Both the position numbers and the translations under genes were made by a program. A stretch of DNA of 64,000 nucleotides from Hadesarchaea archaeon. Lineage in GTDB: Archaea > Hadarchaeota > Hadarchaeia > Hadarchaeales > Hadarchaeaceae. Below the pieces are notes generated by a model. That model saw only the letters and a list, made by a program, of their open reading frames with translations. It was not told where the DNA came from and made no database searches. This document shows positions 21,124 through 31,412 of this stretch, piece after piece. The stretch lies in NCBI GenBank assembly GCA_004375695.1, contig SOKQ01000014.1, forward strand, positions 2,067 to 66,066. Direction: 5' to 3'. Positions within the stretch are counted from its first letter, which is position 1. The number at the start of each line of letters is the position of its first letter.

Positions 21124-21391
21124 TTAAATTCTAATATTAAATATAAATCCGCCTAATGTCGAGGTGGCAAAATGAGCGTGGAAATCCTCATCCTCTAGAA
21201 CCTGCTCGTCTACCAGCCGCACGACGGGTACACGGCGGCGTGGATGGTGCGGATCTACTTGGTGTAGGCCATAAAGGATGGAAGTCTTTCGGTGTTTTAT
21301 CTCAGGAGAGTAACGCCTCCAAAAATCCCGACCGGAGGCAGAAAGTATCGATTTGCCCGTAAAACCTGTGCCAAAATCCCTTCCCCGGCGC
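21124..21391 (-). pseudogene. Possible truncated SSV-type integrase fragment reading out of the distal att repeat
   Basis: Part of ORF 21124..21450. The peptide begins with the tRNA-antisense WRRGRDF. FWRRYSPEIKHRKTSILYGLHQV aligns loosely with FKQFCEVDLQLRENTVKGHAQKI of the tRNA-Ser(GGA) int(C). GC-rich, unlike the cassette. Confidence 0.3.
21374..21391 (+). repeat. 18-nt direct repeat copy 2 (followed by CA, giving ...GCGCCA)
   Basis: Identical to 18722-18739. Confidence 0.7.
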
Positions 21392-21466
21392 CACGGAGTC
21401 CAACGAACAAACCACCAAAAAATCCGTGCACCCAGTAAGTTTAAATCCAATTTCTAAAAACAACAT

Positions 21467-22516
21467 TTGATGGTGAAAGCAGGAATAGGTCTCGCAGGCT
21501 TAGGCTTCATGGCTAGGGTTCATTCCAGGGCTCTAAATGGGATACCGGAAGCCAAAATAGTCGCCGCATGGTCTAAATTTCCCGAGGAACACGTGAAGTT
21601 TGATGAGTTCAGCAAGAAATTAGGATTCGAGATTGGAACATATTACACAAACATTGAAAAAATGCTTGAGGACCCAGGGGTCGACGCGGTCATTTGTGCC
21701 ATCCCATCAAGATTCGCCGAACCCATAGCTAATGAGATTATCAGGGCCGGGAAACCTGCCCTTATCGAATGTCCTCCAAGTGATACTCCTGAAGGAATAG
21801 ACCGCATGGAGAAATTTGCAAAAGAGCGAGGTGTCAAATTGATGCCTGGCCACTGTTATCGATTCGCCCCCTGTTTTAAAAAATCTAAAGAACTCGTCGA
21901 TAAAGACGAAATCGGGGCACCTTTATTCGTTCACTTCAGAGAATTCGTGCCCGCAGAGAGTCTCGCGAGACAATGGGCGCCCGGATCTTGGATCTGGGAT
22001 AAGGACAAAGGCGGGCCAATACCAACCATGACGGTTTTTTGCATGGATATGGCGCGCTGGCTTTTGAACTCCGAACCTGTGTCGCTGTATGCAACGGTCA
22101 AATGGCAAGAGCTACCACAACTTGGCACCCTGGGATACACGGTGTCAAACGTGATCAAATTCGAGAACGATGTTACGTGGGTTAACGAATTCAGCGGCAA
22201 CGTTGCACCGTCCGTGGGTCCTTCCATGAAGATGGAAATCTTTGGTGAAAATGGGAACGCTGTGATGGTAGACGGCCCCGAGAGAGTAATTCTCCACACA
22301 GAGAAAAAAGGAGTAAAGCGGGAATGGTCTTTTGACATAACTCGACCCGAGAGATGGGGCCATAAACCACAGGACGAGCATTTCATCAGATCGGTTGTAC
22401 TCGGTCACGAGGAGCCAATCGTGAGGTTGCAGGATGCAAAAAAAGCACTAAAAATGTCTTTAGCAATCTTGGAATCATCGAAAACCAACAGGGTAATTCA
22501 ATTCGATCAGTTTTAG
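21467..22516 (+). CDS. Gfo/Idh/MocA family oxidoreductase
   Basis: N-terminal Rossmann GLAGLGFMARVH; 349 aa; EKMLEDPGVDAVICAIP pattern. Confidence 0.75.
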   Translation: MMVKAGIGLAGLGFMARVHSRALNGIPEAKIVAAWSKFPEEHVKFDEFSKKLGFEIGTYYTNIEKMLEDPGVDAVICAIPSRFAEPIANEIIRAGKPALIECPPSDTPEGIDRMEKFAKERGVKLMPGHCYRFAPCFKKSKELVDKDEIGAPLFVHFREFVPAESLARQWAPGSWIWDKDKGGPIPTMTVFCMDMARWLLNSEPVSLYATVKWQELPQLGTLGYTVSNVIKFENDVTWVNEFSGNVAPSVGPSMKMEIFGENGNAVMVDGPERVILHTEKKGVKREWSFDITRPERWGHKPQDEHFIRSVVLGHEEPIVRLQDAKKALKMSLAILESSKTNRVIQFDQF

Positions 22517-22711
22517 TAAAAAATTCTTGCTCAACTTCGTCTGATTTTTCCTTCTTTGAAATATTCGTGATGCAGGTTTTTACTTTGGGTCTCGGAAAGG
22601 TCTTCACACTAAAATGCAGCACGCTTGAAAACTTTTATGCGCCATTTATCGGGTGTCTCAAACAGCGGCTTTCGGTTAAATTTATCCTAAGTTACCTGAA
22701 GAACCAAAGTG

Positions 22712-23140
22712 ATGACAAAGCGTTTCGAGTGGGTCGAACACCCGTCGGACATCGGCTTTCGCGCCTACGGTCACGACTTAGCTGAGGCCTTCGAGAACGC
22801 GGCGCTTGCTTTCTTCGAGGTGATGGTCGACACAAGCAAGGTCGAGCCGCGCGAGGAGGTCACGGTCGAGCTGGAGGCTGAGGACGAGGGGGCTCTGCTT
22901 TATGATTGGTTAGAGAGACTGCTCTACTTTCACGACACCCAAAACTTGGTGATGTCAAAGTTCAGGGTGGAGATTTCTGGGACCAATGGTGGCTTCAAGC
23001 TCATTGCCCGAGCTTGGGGGGAACCCTTCGACCCGGCTAAGCACCCCGAGAGAACCGCAGTCAAGGCGATGACCTACCACATGATGGAAATCAAGTGCGA
23101 ACCTGAACGCTGCTCGGTGCAAGCGGTCGTCGATATTTGA
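22712..23140 (+). CDS. Archease
   Basis: FEWVEHPSDIGFRAYG..EAFENAA..KAMTYH motifs; directly upstream of rtcB. Confidence 0.85.
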   Translation: MTKRFEWVEHPSDIGFRAYGHDLAEAFENAALAFFEVMVDTSKVEPREEVTVELEAEDEGALLYDWLERLLYFHDTQNLVMSKFRVEISGTNGGFKLIARAWGEPFDPAKHPERTAVKAMTYHMMEIKCEPERCSVQAVVDI

Positions 23141-23208
23141 AAAATTGCACGTTTTTCAAACCAAAGGGTAATTAACGCTGCAAGCACCTGTTAGTTTAAG
23201 GTGCAAAA

Positions 23209-24663
23209 ATGGTGTGGACGGATAAGATTAAGCAAATCGACGATGTGCGGTGGGAGATCCCTCAGGACTACAAGCGCGGGATGCGAGTTCCAGTTCGGAT
23301 ATACGCTGACGCCGAGCTGCTAAATGAAATTCGCAGGGACATGACGCTGGAGCAAGCCACGAATGTATCGTTCCTGCAGGGCATCTACAAATACTCGATA
23401 ACGCTTCCCGATGGACATCAAGGATATGGATTTCCGATAGGTGGGGTTGCGGCTATCGACGCTGAGACCGGCGTCATTAGCCCCGGTGGTGTAGGATACG
23501 ACATCAACTGTGGAGTGCGGTTGCTGCAGACTAATTTCGACAAAAAAGACATCGAGCCGAAACTCCGCGAACTCGTAGACGCGTTCTTCCGGAACGTGCC
23601 CTCAGGGTTGGGTAGCAGGGGAAAAGTCAAGCTTACCTCTCCCCAGCTTGATGAAGTTCTTGAGAACGGCGTAAGGTGGGCTGTCGAGAACGGTTTTGGT
23701 TGGAAAGAGGACATGGAGAGACTTGAAGAGGGAGGGTGCCTTGCCGGTGCTGATGCGGGTAGAGTAAGCCAGCGTGCAAAAGAGCGCGGCCGTCCCCAGC
23801 TTGGCAGCCTTGGAAGTGGAAATCATTTCTTGGAGATTCAAGTAGTCGATAAAATTTTTGATCAAGAAGTCGCTCGATCCTTTGGGATAACCCACGAGGG
23901 GCAAGTGATGGTTATGATTCACACCGGATCTAGAGGTCTGGGCCATCAGGTCTGCTCGGACTATTTGAGAGCTATGGAACATATCGTTAGAAAATATGGC
24001 ATAACTCTCCCAGATAGAGAACTTGTCAATGTGCCGATAAATTCGCCTGAGGGACAAGCATATCTCGCAGCGATGGCGTGCGCTGCAAACTACGGCTTCA
24101 CAAACAGACAGATGATCACGCATTGGGTGAGAGAATCGTTCGAGCAAGTCTTTGGGCAGGATGTGGAAAAATTGGGTCTCCACCTCGTTTACGGGCTTGC
24201 ACATAACATCGCTAAATTTGAGGAGCATCAAGTTGACGGAGAGCGCAAGAAAGTTTGTGTACATCGGAAAGGTGCTACAAGAGCGTTTCCTCCCGGACAC
24301 CCCGATGTGCCCGCCCTGTACCGTAGCGTTGGGCAACCGGTGCTTATCCCGGGGGACATGGGCACTGCCTCCTACGTGCTCGTGGGCACCGAGCAGGCGA
24401 TGCGGGAGACGTTTGCCTCGACCGCTCACGGTGCAGGACGCCGTATGAGCCGCACAGCGGCGCTCAAGCAGTTCTGGGGTGAAAATGTGAGGAAAGAGCT
24501 CGAGTCGAAGGGCATCATAGTACGAGCGGCCAAAGCTTCGGTAATCGCGGAGGAAGCACCAAAAAGCTACAAAGATATCCATAAGGTCTGTGAGGTGTCC
24601 CATAGGGCGGGAATCGCTCGAATGGTCGCCCGCTTGAAACCTATGGGAGTTGTAAAGGGTTAG
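23209..24663 (+). CDS. rtcB: RNA-splicing ligase RtcB (no intein)
   Basis: GYDINCGVR, GSGNHF, HTGSRG, HGAGR motifs; 484 aa. Confidence 0.95.
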   Translation: MVWTDKIKQIDDVRWEIPQDYKRGMRVPVRIYADAELLNEIRRDMTLEQATNVSFLQGIYKYSITLPDGHQGYGFPIGGVAAIDAETGVISPGGVGYDINCGVRLLQTNFDKKDIEPKLRELVDAFFRNVPSGLGSRGKVKLTSPQLDEVLENGVRWAVENGFGWKEDMERLEEGGCLAGADAGRVSQRAKERGRPQLGSLGSGNHFLEIQVVDKIFDQEVARSFGITHEGQVMVMIHTGSRGLGHQVCSDYLRAMEHIVRKYGITLPDRELVNVPINSPEGQAYLAAMACAANYGFTNRQMITHWVRESFEQVFGQDVEKLGLHLVYGLAHNIAKFEEHQVDGERKKVCVHRKGATRAFPPGHPDVPALYRSVGQPVLIPGDMGTASYVLVGTEQAMRETFASTAHGAGRRMSRTAALKQFWGENVRKELESKGIIVRAAKASVIAEEAPKSYKDIHKVCEVSHRAGIARMVARLKPMGVVKG

Positions 24664-24666
24664 GCG

Positions 24667-25524
24667 ATGATGCCCAGAACATCCACATCGTTTTTCGTGC
24701 TGCTGCCTTCCTCGCTCGTTGCTGATGCGCCTGACCTTCGACAGAAAACCCTCAAGATCGGTACAATCGGACGCGCGCTGGCGATTTTTCGTGTTGGCAA
24801 GGTTTGCATTTATAACGATGATGACCCCCACGTAAAAAATCAAACCTCCGAGGTCAAGATTATCTCAACACTTTTGCATTATATGGAAACGCCGCAATAT
24901 CTGCGCAAACTCCTATTCCCACGTACACGAGAGCTTCGCTATGCTGGTTTGCTACCGCCGCTGCGTACCCCTTCCCATCCGCTCGCAGATGAAAAGACCG
25001 CTGCCGACAATTATCGTGAAGCCGTCGTTATAGATGTAGATAAACGTGGTAGCCTGCTTGAAACTGGAATACGTGAACGTGGCTTCACAAGTGAAAAACT
25101 CAGCGTTGGTCAGCGGGTAACGGTAAGGCTCGGCAAAAGTTTGGGTGAAGGCAAACGTGCAATCGAGCTAGTACCCCGAAGTAAAGTAGGTGAATACTGG
25201 GGCTACGAAGTCTTTCGTGCGAAAACCCTCGCAGAGGCTTTAAAAGTTCTGAAAGCAGATTATGTTACAGGGACTTCACGGCATGGGCAAAATTTATATG
25301 AAGCCGTGCAAGCGATAGAGAGTAACAAACCTCACAGCGTGGCGGTGGCTTTCGGGGGCTCTTATGCGGGGCTCTTCGAAATTTGCGAGCGCCAAGGCGT
25401 CGATGCGAATAAACTCTTCGACGTCGTGATCAACACGATCCCGAGCCAAGGGACCGCCACCGTTCGAACGGAAGAAGCGCTTGTAGCCACGCTCGCGCTG
25501 CTGAACGCGCTCATCGGGGGATAA
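24667..25524 (+). CDS. SPOUT-superfamily putative RNA methyltransferase (DUF171/COG2106-like)
   Basis: 285 aa; IGRALAIFRV..IY and C-terminal SQGTATVRTEEAL knot region; conserved position upstream of L3. Confidence 0.65.
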   Translation: MMPRTSTSFFVLLPSSLVADAPDLRQKTLKIGTIGRALAIFRVGKVCIYNDDDPHVKNQTSEVKIISTLLHYMETPQYLRKLLFPRTRELRYAGLLPPLRTPSHPLADEKTAADNYREAVVIDVDKRGSLLETGIRERGFTSEKLSVGQRVTVRLGKSLGEGKRAIELVPRSKVGEYWGYEVFRAKTLAEALKVLKADYVTGTSRHGQNLYEAVQAIESNKPHSVAVAFGGSYAGLFEICERQGVDANKLFDVVINTIPSQGTATVRTEEALVATLALLNALIGG

Positions 25525-25525
25525 A

Positions 25526-26536
25526 ATGGGAAGGCGAAAACATCGCCCAAGGCGGGGTTCGCTCGCCTATACACCGCGAGTGCGAGCCCCACGCCAAGTC
25601 GCCCATGTGCGGGCTTGGCCAGCGGAAGCTACCTTGCAACTCCAAGAGTTTGTCGGCTACAAGGCAGGGATGACCCAAGTCTTCATGATAGACGACCGCA
25701 AAGAGAGCATGACTTCGGGCCAAGAGATAAACGTCCCCGCCACGGTCATTGAAGCCCCGCCTCTTGTCATTTATTCAGCTCGCCTGTACAGCTCGACCAC
25801 CAGAGGACTCAACGCTGCAACGGATATCTGGGCGAGCGAGCTGCCGAAGGATCTTGCTAAAAAGATAAACTTGCCCAAAAAGTACGACCAGCAGAAAGCG
25901 TTCGAGCGCGCAGAAGCACTCATCAAAGAAGAAAAAGTTGTCGACGTTCGTGTACTCGCGTGTACCCAGCCCCGCGCCAGCAACATGCGCAAGAAAAATC
26001 CAGACCTAATCGAAATCCGCGTCGGGGGCGACAAGATAGAGGAGCGATGGAATTACTGCAAGGAATTGCTGGGGAAGCAGGTCCGCGTTGTCGATGTCTT
26101 TAAAGAGGGCGAATACGTCGACGTGCTCGCAATCACCAAGGGCAAAGGATTTCAGGGGCCCGTCAAGCGCTGGGGGATCAAAATTTTGCCTCGCAAGACC
26201 AAGGAGGGGCACCGCCAAGTTGGAACGCTTGGCCCTTGGTCGCCCGCGCGGGTAATGTGGACCGTCCCCGCCGCAGGACAGATGGGTTACCACCAGCGCA
26301 CTGAGCTCAACAAGCGCATCTTGAAGCTCGGAGGCGATGGAAAGGAGGTGACGCCAAGCGGTGGTTTCCTCAGGTATGGTCCAATCAAGGGAGATTTCAT
26401 CGTCCTCTCGGGATCGATACCAGGACCCACGAAAAGGCTTGTGCACCTCCGACAACCCATGCGTCTGCCCGCCGGAACTCTGACCTCGCCGCCCTCTATC
26501 ACTTACATAAGCACGGCTTCCCAGCAGGGTGCATGA
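25526..26536 (+). CDS. rpl3: 50S ribosomal protein L3
   Basis: MGRRKHRPRRGSLAY start; GKGFQG motif. Confidence 0.95.
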   Translation: MGRRKHRPRRGSLAYTPRVRAPRQVAHVRAWPAEATLQLQEFVGYKAGMTQVFMIDDRKESMTSGQEINVPATVIEAPPLVIYSARLYSSTTRGLNAATDIWASELPKDLAKKINLPKKYDQQKAFERAEALIKEEKVVDVRVLACTQPRASNMRKKNPDLIEIRVGGDKIEERWNYCKELLGKQVRVVDVFKEGEYVDVLAITKGKGFQGPVKRWGIKILPRKTKEGHRQVGTLGPWSPARVMWTVPAAGQMGYHQRTELNKRILKLGGDGKEVTPSGGFLRYGPIKGDFIVLSGSIPGPTKRLVHLRQPMRLPAGTLTSPPSITYISTASQQGA

Positions 26537-27321
26537 AGATGAAAGTCCACGTATATTCTCTTGAAGGTAAACCCGCCGAGGAGATCGCGCTACCAGCGAT
26601 CTTCGATGAACAGTTCAGACCTGACATCATCAGACGCGCGGTGATTGCCGCCCAGACTTCCCGGCTTCAACCTTGGGGATCCGACTGGATGGCGGGCAAG
26701 CGCACTTCCGCCGAGACATGGGGGAAAGGACGTGGCGTTGCTCGAGTTCGTCGCGTGAAGGGAACTCGTTACCCAGCGGCTGGACGTGGGGCTTTTGCCC
26801 CCTTCACAGTCGGAGGGAGACGGGCCCACCCACCGAAAGTCGAAAAGGTTCTCCGAGAGCGTGTCAACCGAAAAGAGCGCCGGCTTGCCATTCGCTCGAC
26901 GGTCGCCGCTACCAAAGAGAAAAAGTTGATCAGCTCTAGGGGTCACATCGTTGAAAGCGTTGCTGAGTTCCCGCTCGTGGTAACTGACGAGCTTGAAGGG
27001 ATTGGGAGAACCAGCCAGACGAAGGAAATCCTCCGAAAGCTCGGATTGTGGCAGGATGTAGAGCGCGTCGCTAGAAGTAAGCGAGTGCGAGCGGGGCGTG
27101 GCAAGATGCGTGGCAGACGATACCGGCAGGCCGTCGGTCCACTCATCGTAATCGGCGAAGACAAGGGCATCAAACTCGGTGCGAGGAACTTGCCAGGCGT
27201 CGAGGTCGTGAAAGTTAGAACTCTTAACGCGGAACAGCTCGCCCCTGGAGGAGTTGCAGGGCGGCTTACAGTATGGACAAAAGGGGCTATCCAAAAGCTC
27301 GCCGGAGGATTGTTCGTATGA
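26533..27321 (+). CDS. rpl4: 50S ribosomal protein L4
   Basis: 262 aa; operon order. Confidence 0.95.
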   Translation: MKMKVHVYSLEGKPAEEIALPAIFDEQFRPDIIRRAVIAAQTSRLQPWGSDWMAGKRTSAETWGKGRGVARVRRVKGTRYPAAGRGAFAPFTVGGRRAHPPKVEKVLRERVNRKERRLAIRSTVAATKEKKLISSRGHIVESVAEFPLVVTDELEGIGRTSQTKEILRKLGLWQDVERVARSKRVRAGRGKMRGRRYRQAVGPLIVIGEDKGIKLGARNLPGVEVVKVRTLNAEQLAPGGVAGRLTVWTKGAIQKLAGGLFV

Positions 27322-27581
27322 AGGACCCGCACAAAGTCGTGCTCTACCCGCAGGCCACAGAGAAGGCCGTGAAGCTAATCGAGTCCGAGAACAAGCTCAT
27401 GTTTATCGTGGCGAACGACGCAACCCGATCGGACGTGAAGCGCGCAATCGAGCTGCTTTTTGAAGTGAAAGTCGATAGCGTGAAAATAGAGGTAATCCCA
27501 GATGGGCGAAAACGCGCCTATGTGAGACTCGCGCCTGAATTCATGGCGGACGAGATAGCCTCGAAACTGGGGATGATCTGA
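27318..27581 (+). CDS. rpl23: 50S ribosomal protein L23
   Basis: MKDPHKVVLYPQATEKA; start set at the ATG overlapping the L4 stop (ATGA). Confidence 0.9.
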   Translation: MKDPHKVVLYPQATEKAVKLIESENKLMFIVANDATRSDVKRAIELLFEVKVDSVKIEVIPDGRKRAYVRLAPEFMADEIASKLGMI

Positions 27582-28288
27582 TGGGAAAGCGGATAAGAGC
27601 TCAAAGGCTCGGCAAAGGGGCGCCTACCTACCGTGCAAAGTCCTGGCGAAAGCTTGGTGAGGTTAAGCTCCCTCCAGCCGAAAAGGAGGCTGAGGCAGTC
27701 GTGATCGACATCCTGCATGATTCTGGCAGGAGCGCCCCGGTGGCTAGGATAAGGTACGGTGATAAAGAGGAGCGTTTGGTACTCGCGCCTGAGGGGTTAA
27801 AAGTGGGAGATAAAATAACGTGCGGCATCTCAGCCCCTATCAAGCTGGGCAACACGCTTTCACTTGCCGAGATTCCGGAGGGCACCCCCCTTCACAACAT
27901 CGAATCGAGACCGGGGGATGGAGGACGCTTTGTTCGCGCCTCCGGCACCCATGGTATTCTGATTGCCCACGACATTGGCCGTGCGACAGTCCAGCTCCCT
28001 TCAGGAGAAATTAGGGATTTCAACCCACGTTGCCGAGCCACCGTAGGGGTCGTCGCTGGCGGCGGGCGTCTAGAGAAACCGTTCGTCAAGGCTGGAAAGC
28101 GCTATCACGCCATGCTCGCGCGAGGGAAGCCATACCCTCACGTGCGGGGCGTCGCGATGAATGTAGTCGACCACCCCTTCGGGGGGGGCAGGGGTAAGCA
28201 CGCAGGCAGACCGAAAACCGTTGGACGGGGTGCGCCGCCCGGGCAAAAGGTGGGGTTAATAGCGGCAAAGAGAACTGGTAAGAGGTAA
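27581..28288 (+). CDS. rpl2: 50S ribosomal protein L2
   Basis: 235 aa; [14 protein letters not shown] motif. Confidence 0.95.
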   Translation: MGKRIRAQRLGKGAPTYRAKSWRKLGEVKLPPAEKEAEAVVIDILHDSGRSAPVARIRYGDKEERLVLAPEGLKVGDKITCGISAPIKLGNTLSLAEIPEGTPLHNIESRPGDGGRFVRASGTHGILIAHDIGRATVQLPSGEIRDFNPRCRATVGVVAGGGRLEKPFVKAGKRYHAMLARGKPYPHVRGVAMNVVDHPFGGGRGKHAGRPKTVGRGAPPGQKVGLIAAKRTGKR

Positions 28289-28292
28289 ACAC

Positions 28293-28691
28293 ATGCCGAA
28301 GAAGTTTACGTTTATGAATTATTCGATTGAGGAGCTCCAGAAGCTCCCGCTCGACGATTTCGCGAAGCTCCTACCAGCGCGCCAGCGGCGCTCGCTCGCC
28401 CGCGGTCTCACGCCTCGAGAGAAGAAATTAATCGAACGCATTCGAAAGGCGCGAAAAGCAGAAAAAATAGATGCCCCCATCCGAACCCACTGCAGAGAGA
28501 TGGTAATCCTACCAGAGATGGTTGGCCTGAAGTTCGCTATCCACAATGGAAAGGAGTTCATCATGATCGAGGTGAAGCCGGAGATGATCGGCCACCGTCT
28601 CGGCGAGTTCTCACAAACGCGCAAGAAGGTTACCCATGGAACGCCGGGGCTAGGCGCGACCCGCAGCTCGTTGTACATTCCTTTGAAGTGA
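28293..28691 (+). CDS. rps19: 30S ribosomal protein S19
   Basis: 132 aa; HNGKEF motif. Confidence 0.95.
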   Translation: MPKKFTFMNYSIEELQKLPLDDFAKLLPARQRRSLARGLTPREKKLIERIRKARKAEKIDAPIRTHCREMVILPEMVGLKFAIHNGKEFIMIEVKPEMIGHRLGEFSQTRKKVTHGTPGLGATRSSLYIPLK

Positions 28692-28695
28692 TTCG

Positions 28696-29148
28696 ATGCC
28701 TAAATTCGGTTATTCTACAAAAGTGGATGAACCATGCGCGAAAGCTTTCGGCAGAGAAATGCGGGTCTCACCCAAGCACGCGATGGAGGTCTGCAGGGCA
28801 ATCAAAGGCATGAAACTAGCTACGGCCAAGGGATATTTGCAAGCGGTTGTTGATAAGAAAAAGCCCGTCCCGTTCAAGCGCCATCGAAAGAAGATTCCAC
28901 ACAGACGGGGGGCAGGAGGAAGCGGACAGTTCCCGGTTAAAACGGCGAGCGCGATTTTAAGGGTTTTGGGTAATGCTGAAGCCAACGCAACGTACAAAGG
29001 GCTCGACGCGGAGAAGCTCAAAGTCGTACACGCGAGCGCCCACAAGGGAATCACAATCCCTGGATTTCTGCCCCGCGCTTTCGCTCGAGCCACCCCTTTC
29101 AACAAGCCGCTGACTAATGTGGAGATAATCCTCAAGGAGGCAGCCTAG
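28696..29148 (+). CDS. rpl22: 50S ribosomal protein L22
   Basis: 150 aa; operon order. Confidence 0.95.
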   Translation: MPKFGYSTKVDEPCAKAFGREMRVSPKHAMEVCRAIKGMKLATAKGYLQAVVDKKKPVPFKRHRKKIPHRRGAGGSGQFPVKTASAILRVLGNAEANATYKGLDAEKLKVVHASAHKGITIPGFLPRAFARATPFNKPLTNVEIILKEAA

Positions 29149-29879
29149 TGCCCGTGGAGCGCACCTTCATTAAGCTCGGCTTAAAACGTGTGGGGCTCGA
29201 TGAGTTCTTAGCGCAAGAGCTCGAGCGGGCGGGGTACGGTGGGGCAGACATCAGGCGAATCCCAACTGGCACGCGGGTCGCACTCTATGTCGAGCGGCCC
29301 GGGATTGTAATCGGGCGTAAGGGAAAGAGCATAAGGCACCTCACTGATGAGCTCTCCCAAAAATTTGAGTTGGAGAATCCGCAGGTAGAAGTCGTCGAAC
29401 TCAGGAAGCCTGAGCTCTGCGCCCCTATTATGGCAAAGCGAATCGCGTTCGCCCTCGAGCGTGGGATAAGCGCGAGGCGGGTCGGGCACACTGCGCTGCG
29501 GAGGGTAATGAACGCTGGTGCCAGAGGCGCCGAAATCACGATCTCAGGGAGGATAGCTGGAGAACGCACACGTACTCAACGCGTCTATCAGGGTTACCTC
29601 AGCAAGGCGGGGGAACCAGCGGAAAAATTGGTTAGCCACGGTTACGCGGCCGCGAAGCTGAAGCCGGGAATAGCAGGGGTAAAGGTGCTGATAATGCCTC
29701 CTGATGCCCCCCTGCCTGACGAAATCAAAATTGCAGCCGAGGAAACCCCCAAGCCAGCAGAAGCTGTTCCAGCGGTGAAGGCGGATGAGAAGGGGGAAGA
29801 AGCTAAAGCCGCAGAAGTAGAAGCAAAAGAAGTTAAACCCGAGGAAGGCGAGAAAAGTGGCGATACTCAAATCCAGTGA
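29148..29879 (+). CDS. rps3: 30S ribosomal protein S3 (with Ala/Glu/Lys-rich C-terminal tail)
   Basis: KH domain GIVIGRKGKSI; 243 aa. Confidence 0.95.
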   Translation: MPVERTFIKLGLKRVGLDEFLAQELERAGYGGADIRRIPTGTRVALYVERPGIVIGRKGKSIRHLTDELSQKFELENPQVEVVELRKPELCAPIMAKRIAFALERGISARRVGHTALRRVMNAGARGAEITISGRIAGERTRTQRVYQGYLSKAGEPAEKLVSHGYAAAKLKPGIAGVKVLIMPPDAPLPDEIKIAAEETPKPAEAVPAVKADEKGEEAKAAEVEAKEVKPEEGEKSGDTQIQ

Positions 29880-30066
29880 GATTCGAGACTTGAGCGTTGA
29901 GGAGATGAAGGCAAAGATCAGAGAGCTCCGGGCCGAACTAGCCCGAACGCGCGCTACAGCCGCCGCAGGAGGCTCGCTCGAGAACCCGGCGCGTATCCAC
30001 GAACTCCGACGTACGATAGCTCGGATACTCACCATTATGAAGGAAAAACAAAAAGGAGGTGCATGA
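29857..30066 (+). CDS. rpl29: 50S ribosomal protein L29
   Basis: 69 aa; EIRDLSVEEMKAKIRELRAEL. Confidence 0.9.
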   Translation: MAILKSSEIRDLSVEEMKAKIRELRAELARTRATAAAGGSLENPARIHELRRTIARILTIMKEKQKGGA

Positions 30067-30078
30067 GAGCTGCCAGAA

Positions 30079-30378
30079 GTGTGCAAAGTCTGTGGTCTGC
30101 CCAAAGAACTTTGCGTCTGCCAAGAGATCGCTCGTGAACAGCAACGAATCAATATTTATTCAATCAGGCGAAAATACGGCAAAATCATGACCATCATTGA
30201 AGGCATAGATGAAAAACAACTTGATATCAAGGAACTGACAAAGAGCTTGAAATCGAAGCTCGCGTGCGGCGGAACCTCAAAAGAGGGTCACATCGAGCTT
30301 CAAGGCAGTCACAAAGCCCGAGCGAAAGAGGTGCTCGTGGAGATGGGCTTCTCCTCTGAAATGATCGACACGAGATAG
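30079..30378 (+). CDS. Translation initiation factor aIF1 (SUI1)
   Basis: 99 aa; KLACGGT..IELQG SUI1 motif. Confidence 0.85.
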   Translation: MCKVCGLPKELCVCQEIAREQQRINIYSIRRKYGKIMTIIEGIDEKQLDIKELTKSLKSKLACGGTSKEGHIELQGSHKARAKEVLVEMGFSSEMIDTR

Positions 30379-30660
30379 GTGAAGCGTATGCCGATAACTA
30401 AGCGAAATATGCTGCGGCATGAGCTCATTGGGCTTGAAGCTAGGGTCACGAATAGTTCGGACCCTACGCTGCTCGGCACTCGTGGCACCATCGTCGACGA
30501 GACACGTGACATGCTGGTAATCGAGCAAGCCAGCAGGGCTAAGATCGTGCCCAAGGCGAGCTCTAAATTCATGTTCATCCGCCCTAACGGAGCAGAAGTC
30601 GAAGTCAACGGAGCGAAGCTCGTCGGGCAACCTGAAGAACGGGTGAAACGGAGGAGGTAA
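30379..30660 (+). CDS. rnp1: RNase P protein component 1 (Rpp29/Pop4)
   Basis: 93 aa; ELIGLEARV..S..P.L.G..G.IVDETR..L pattern; conserved position before S17. Confidence 0.8.
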   Translation: MKRMPITKRNMLRHELIGLEARVTNSSDPTLLGTRGTIVDETRDMLVIEQASRAKIVPKASSKFMFIRPNGAEVEVNGAKLVGQPEERVKRRR

Positions 30661-30664
30661 ATCT

Positions 30665-30982
30665 ATGGTAGGCATGGGAATAAAACCCCCAAAGGAGCGA
30701 TGTTCCGACCCAAAGTGTCCATTTCACGGCACGCTCTCGGTGCGGGGCAGGACTTTCGAAGGCATCGTGACGAGCGATAAGATGTCACGTACGGTCACGG
30801 TAGAGATGGAGCACATGCAGGTGATCCCAAAATACGAGCGATATGAACGCCGCACCTCCAAGCTCCATGCTCACAACCCGCCCTGCATTGCCGCTCACGT
30901 TGGGGATAAGGTGAAAATTATGGAGTGTCGACGGTTGAGCAAAACCAAAGCATTTGCCGTCGTGCAGAAGCTGGGGGCTTAG
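30665..30982 (+). CDS. rps17: 30S ribosomal protein S17
   Basis: 105 aa; CPFHG and [16 protein letters not shown] motifs. Confidence 0.9.
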   Translation: MVGMGIKPPKERCSDPKCPFHGTLSVRGRTFEGIVTSDKMSRTVTVEMEHMQVIPKYERYERRTSKLHAHNPPCIAAHVGDKVKIMECRRLSKTKAFAVVQKLGA

Positions 30983-30983
30983 T

Positions 30984-31409
30984 ATGGGAAAGAAAGGTAT
31001 TGGCACTTCGATCGGTGCGACCACGGTGGCCCCCATACGAGCGTTGCCGGTTGGGGCGCGTCTCGGCTGTGCCGACAACACAGGAGCCAAGGAGCTGCAG
31101 ATCGTGAGCGTCGTCGGTTACCACGGCCGACACAGGCGCATCGGCAAGGCAGGGGTAGGAGACCACATCGTCGCCTCTGTCAAGAAAGGCACTCCCGAAT
31201 TTCGGAAACAACTCGTCCGCGCAATCATCATCCGCCAGCGCAAGGAATACCGCCGCACAGATGGAATGCGGATAAAATTTGAGGGCAACGCAGCAGTTCT
31301 GATAACCCCCGAGGGAGCTCCTAGGGGTTCGGAGATCAAAGGACCCATGGCCCGCGAGGCAGCCGAGCGATGGCCTCGCGTAGCCGGGATAGCCTCAACG
31401 GTGGTATGA
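30984..31409 (+). CDS. rpl14: 50S ribosomal protein L14
   Basis: [10 protein letters not shown] motif; start set at ATG 30984 within ORF 30954..31409. Confidence 0.95.
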   Translation: MGKKGIGTSIGATTVAPIRALPVGARLGCADNTGAKELQIVSVVGYHGRHRRIGKAGVGDHIVASVKKGTPEFRKQLVRAIIIRQRKEYRRTDGMRIKFEGNAAVLITPEGAPRGSEIKGPMAREAAERWPRVAGIASTVV

Positions 31410-31412
31410 ACG

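Larger units (their letters stand above)
18739..21391. mobile_element. Putative degenerate integrated element at tRNA-Ser(TGA) carrying an ABC-2 transporter cassette
   Basis: Bounded by the 18-nt direct repeat; interior visibly AT-rich compared with the flanks; integrase-like ORF fragment reads inward from the distal repeat. Confidence 0.45.
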
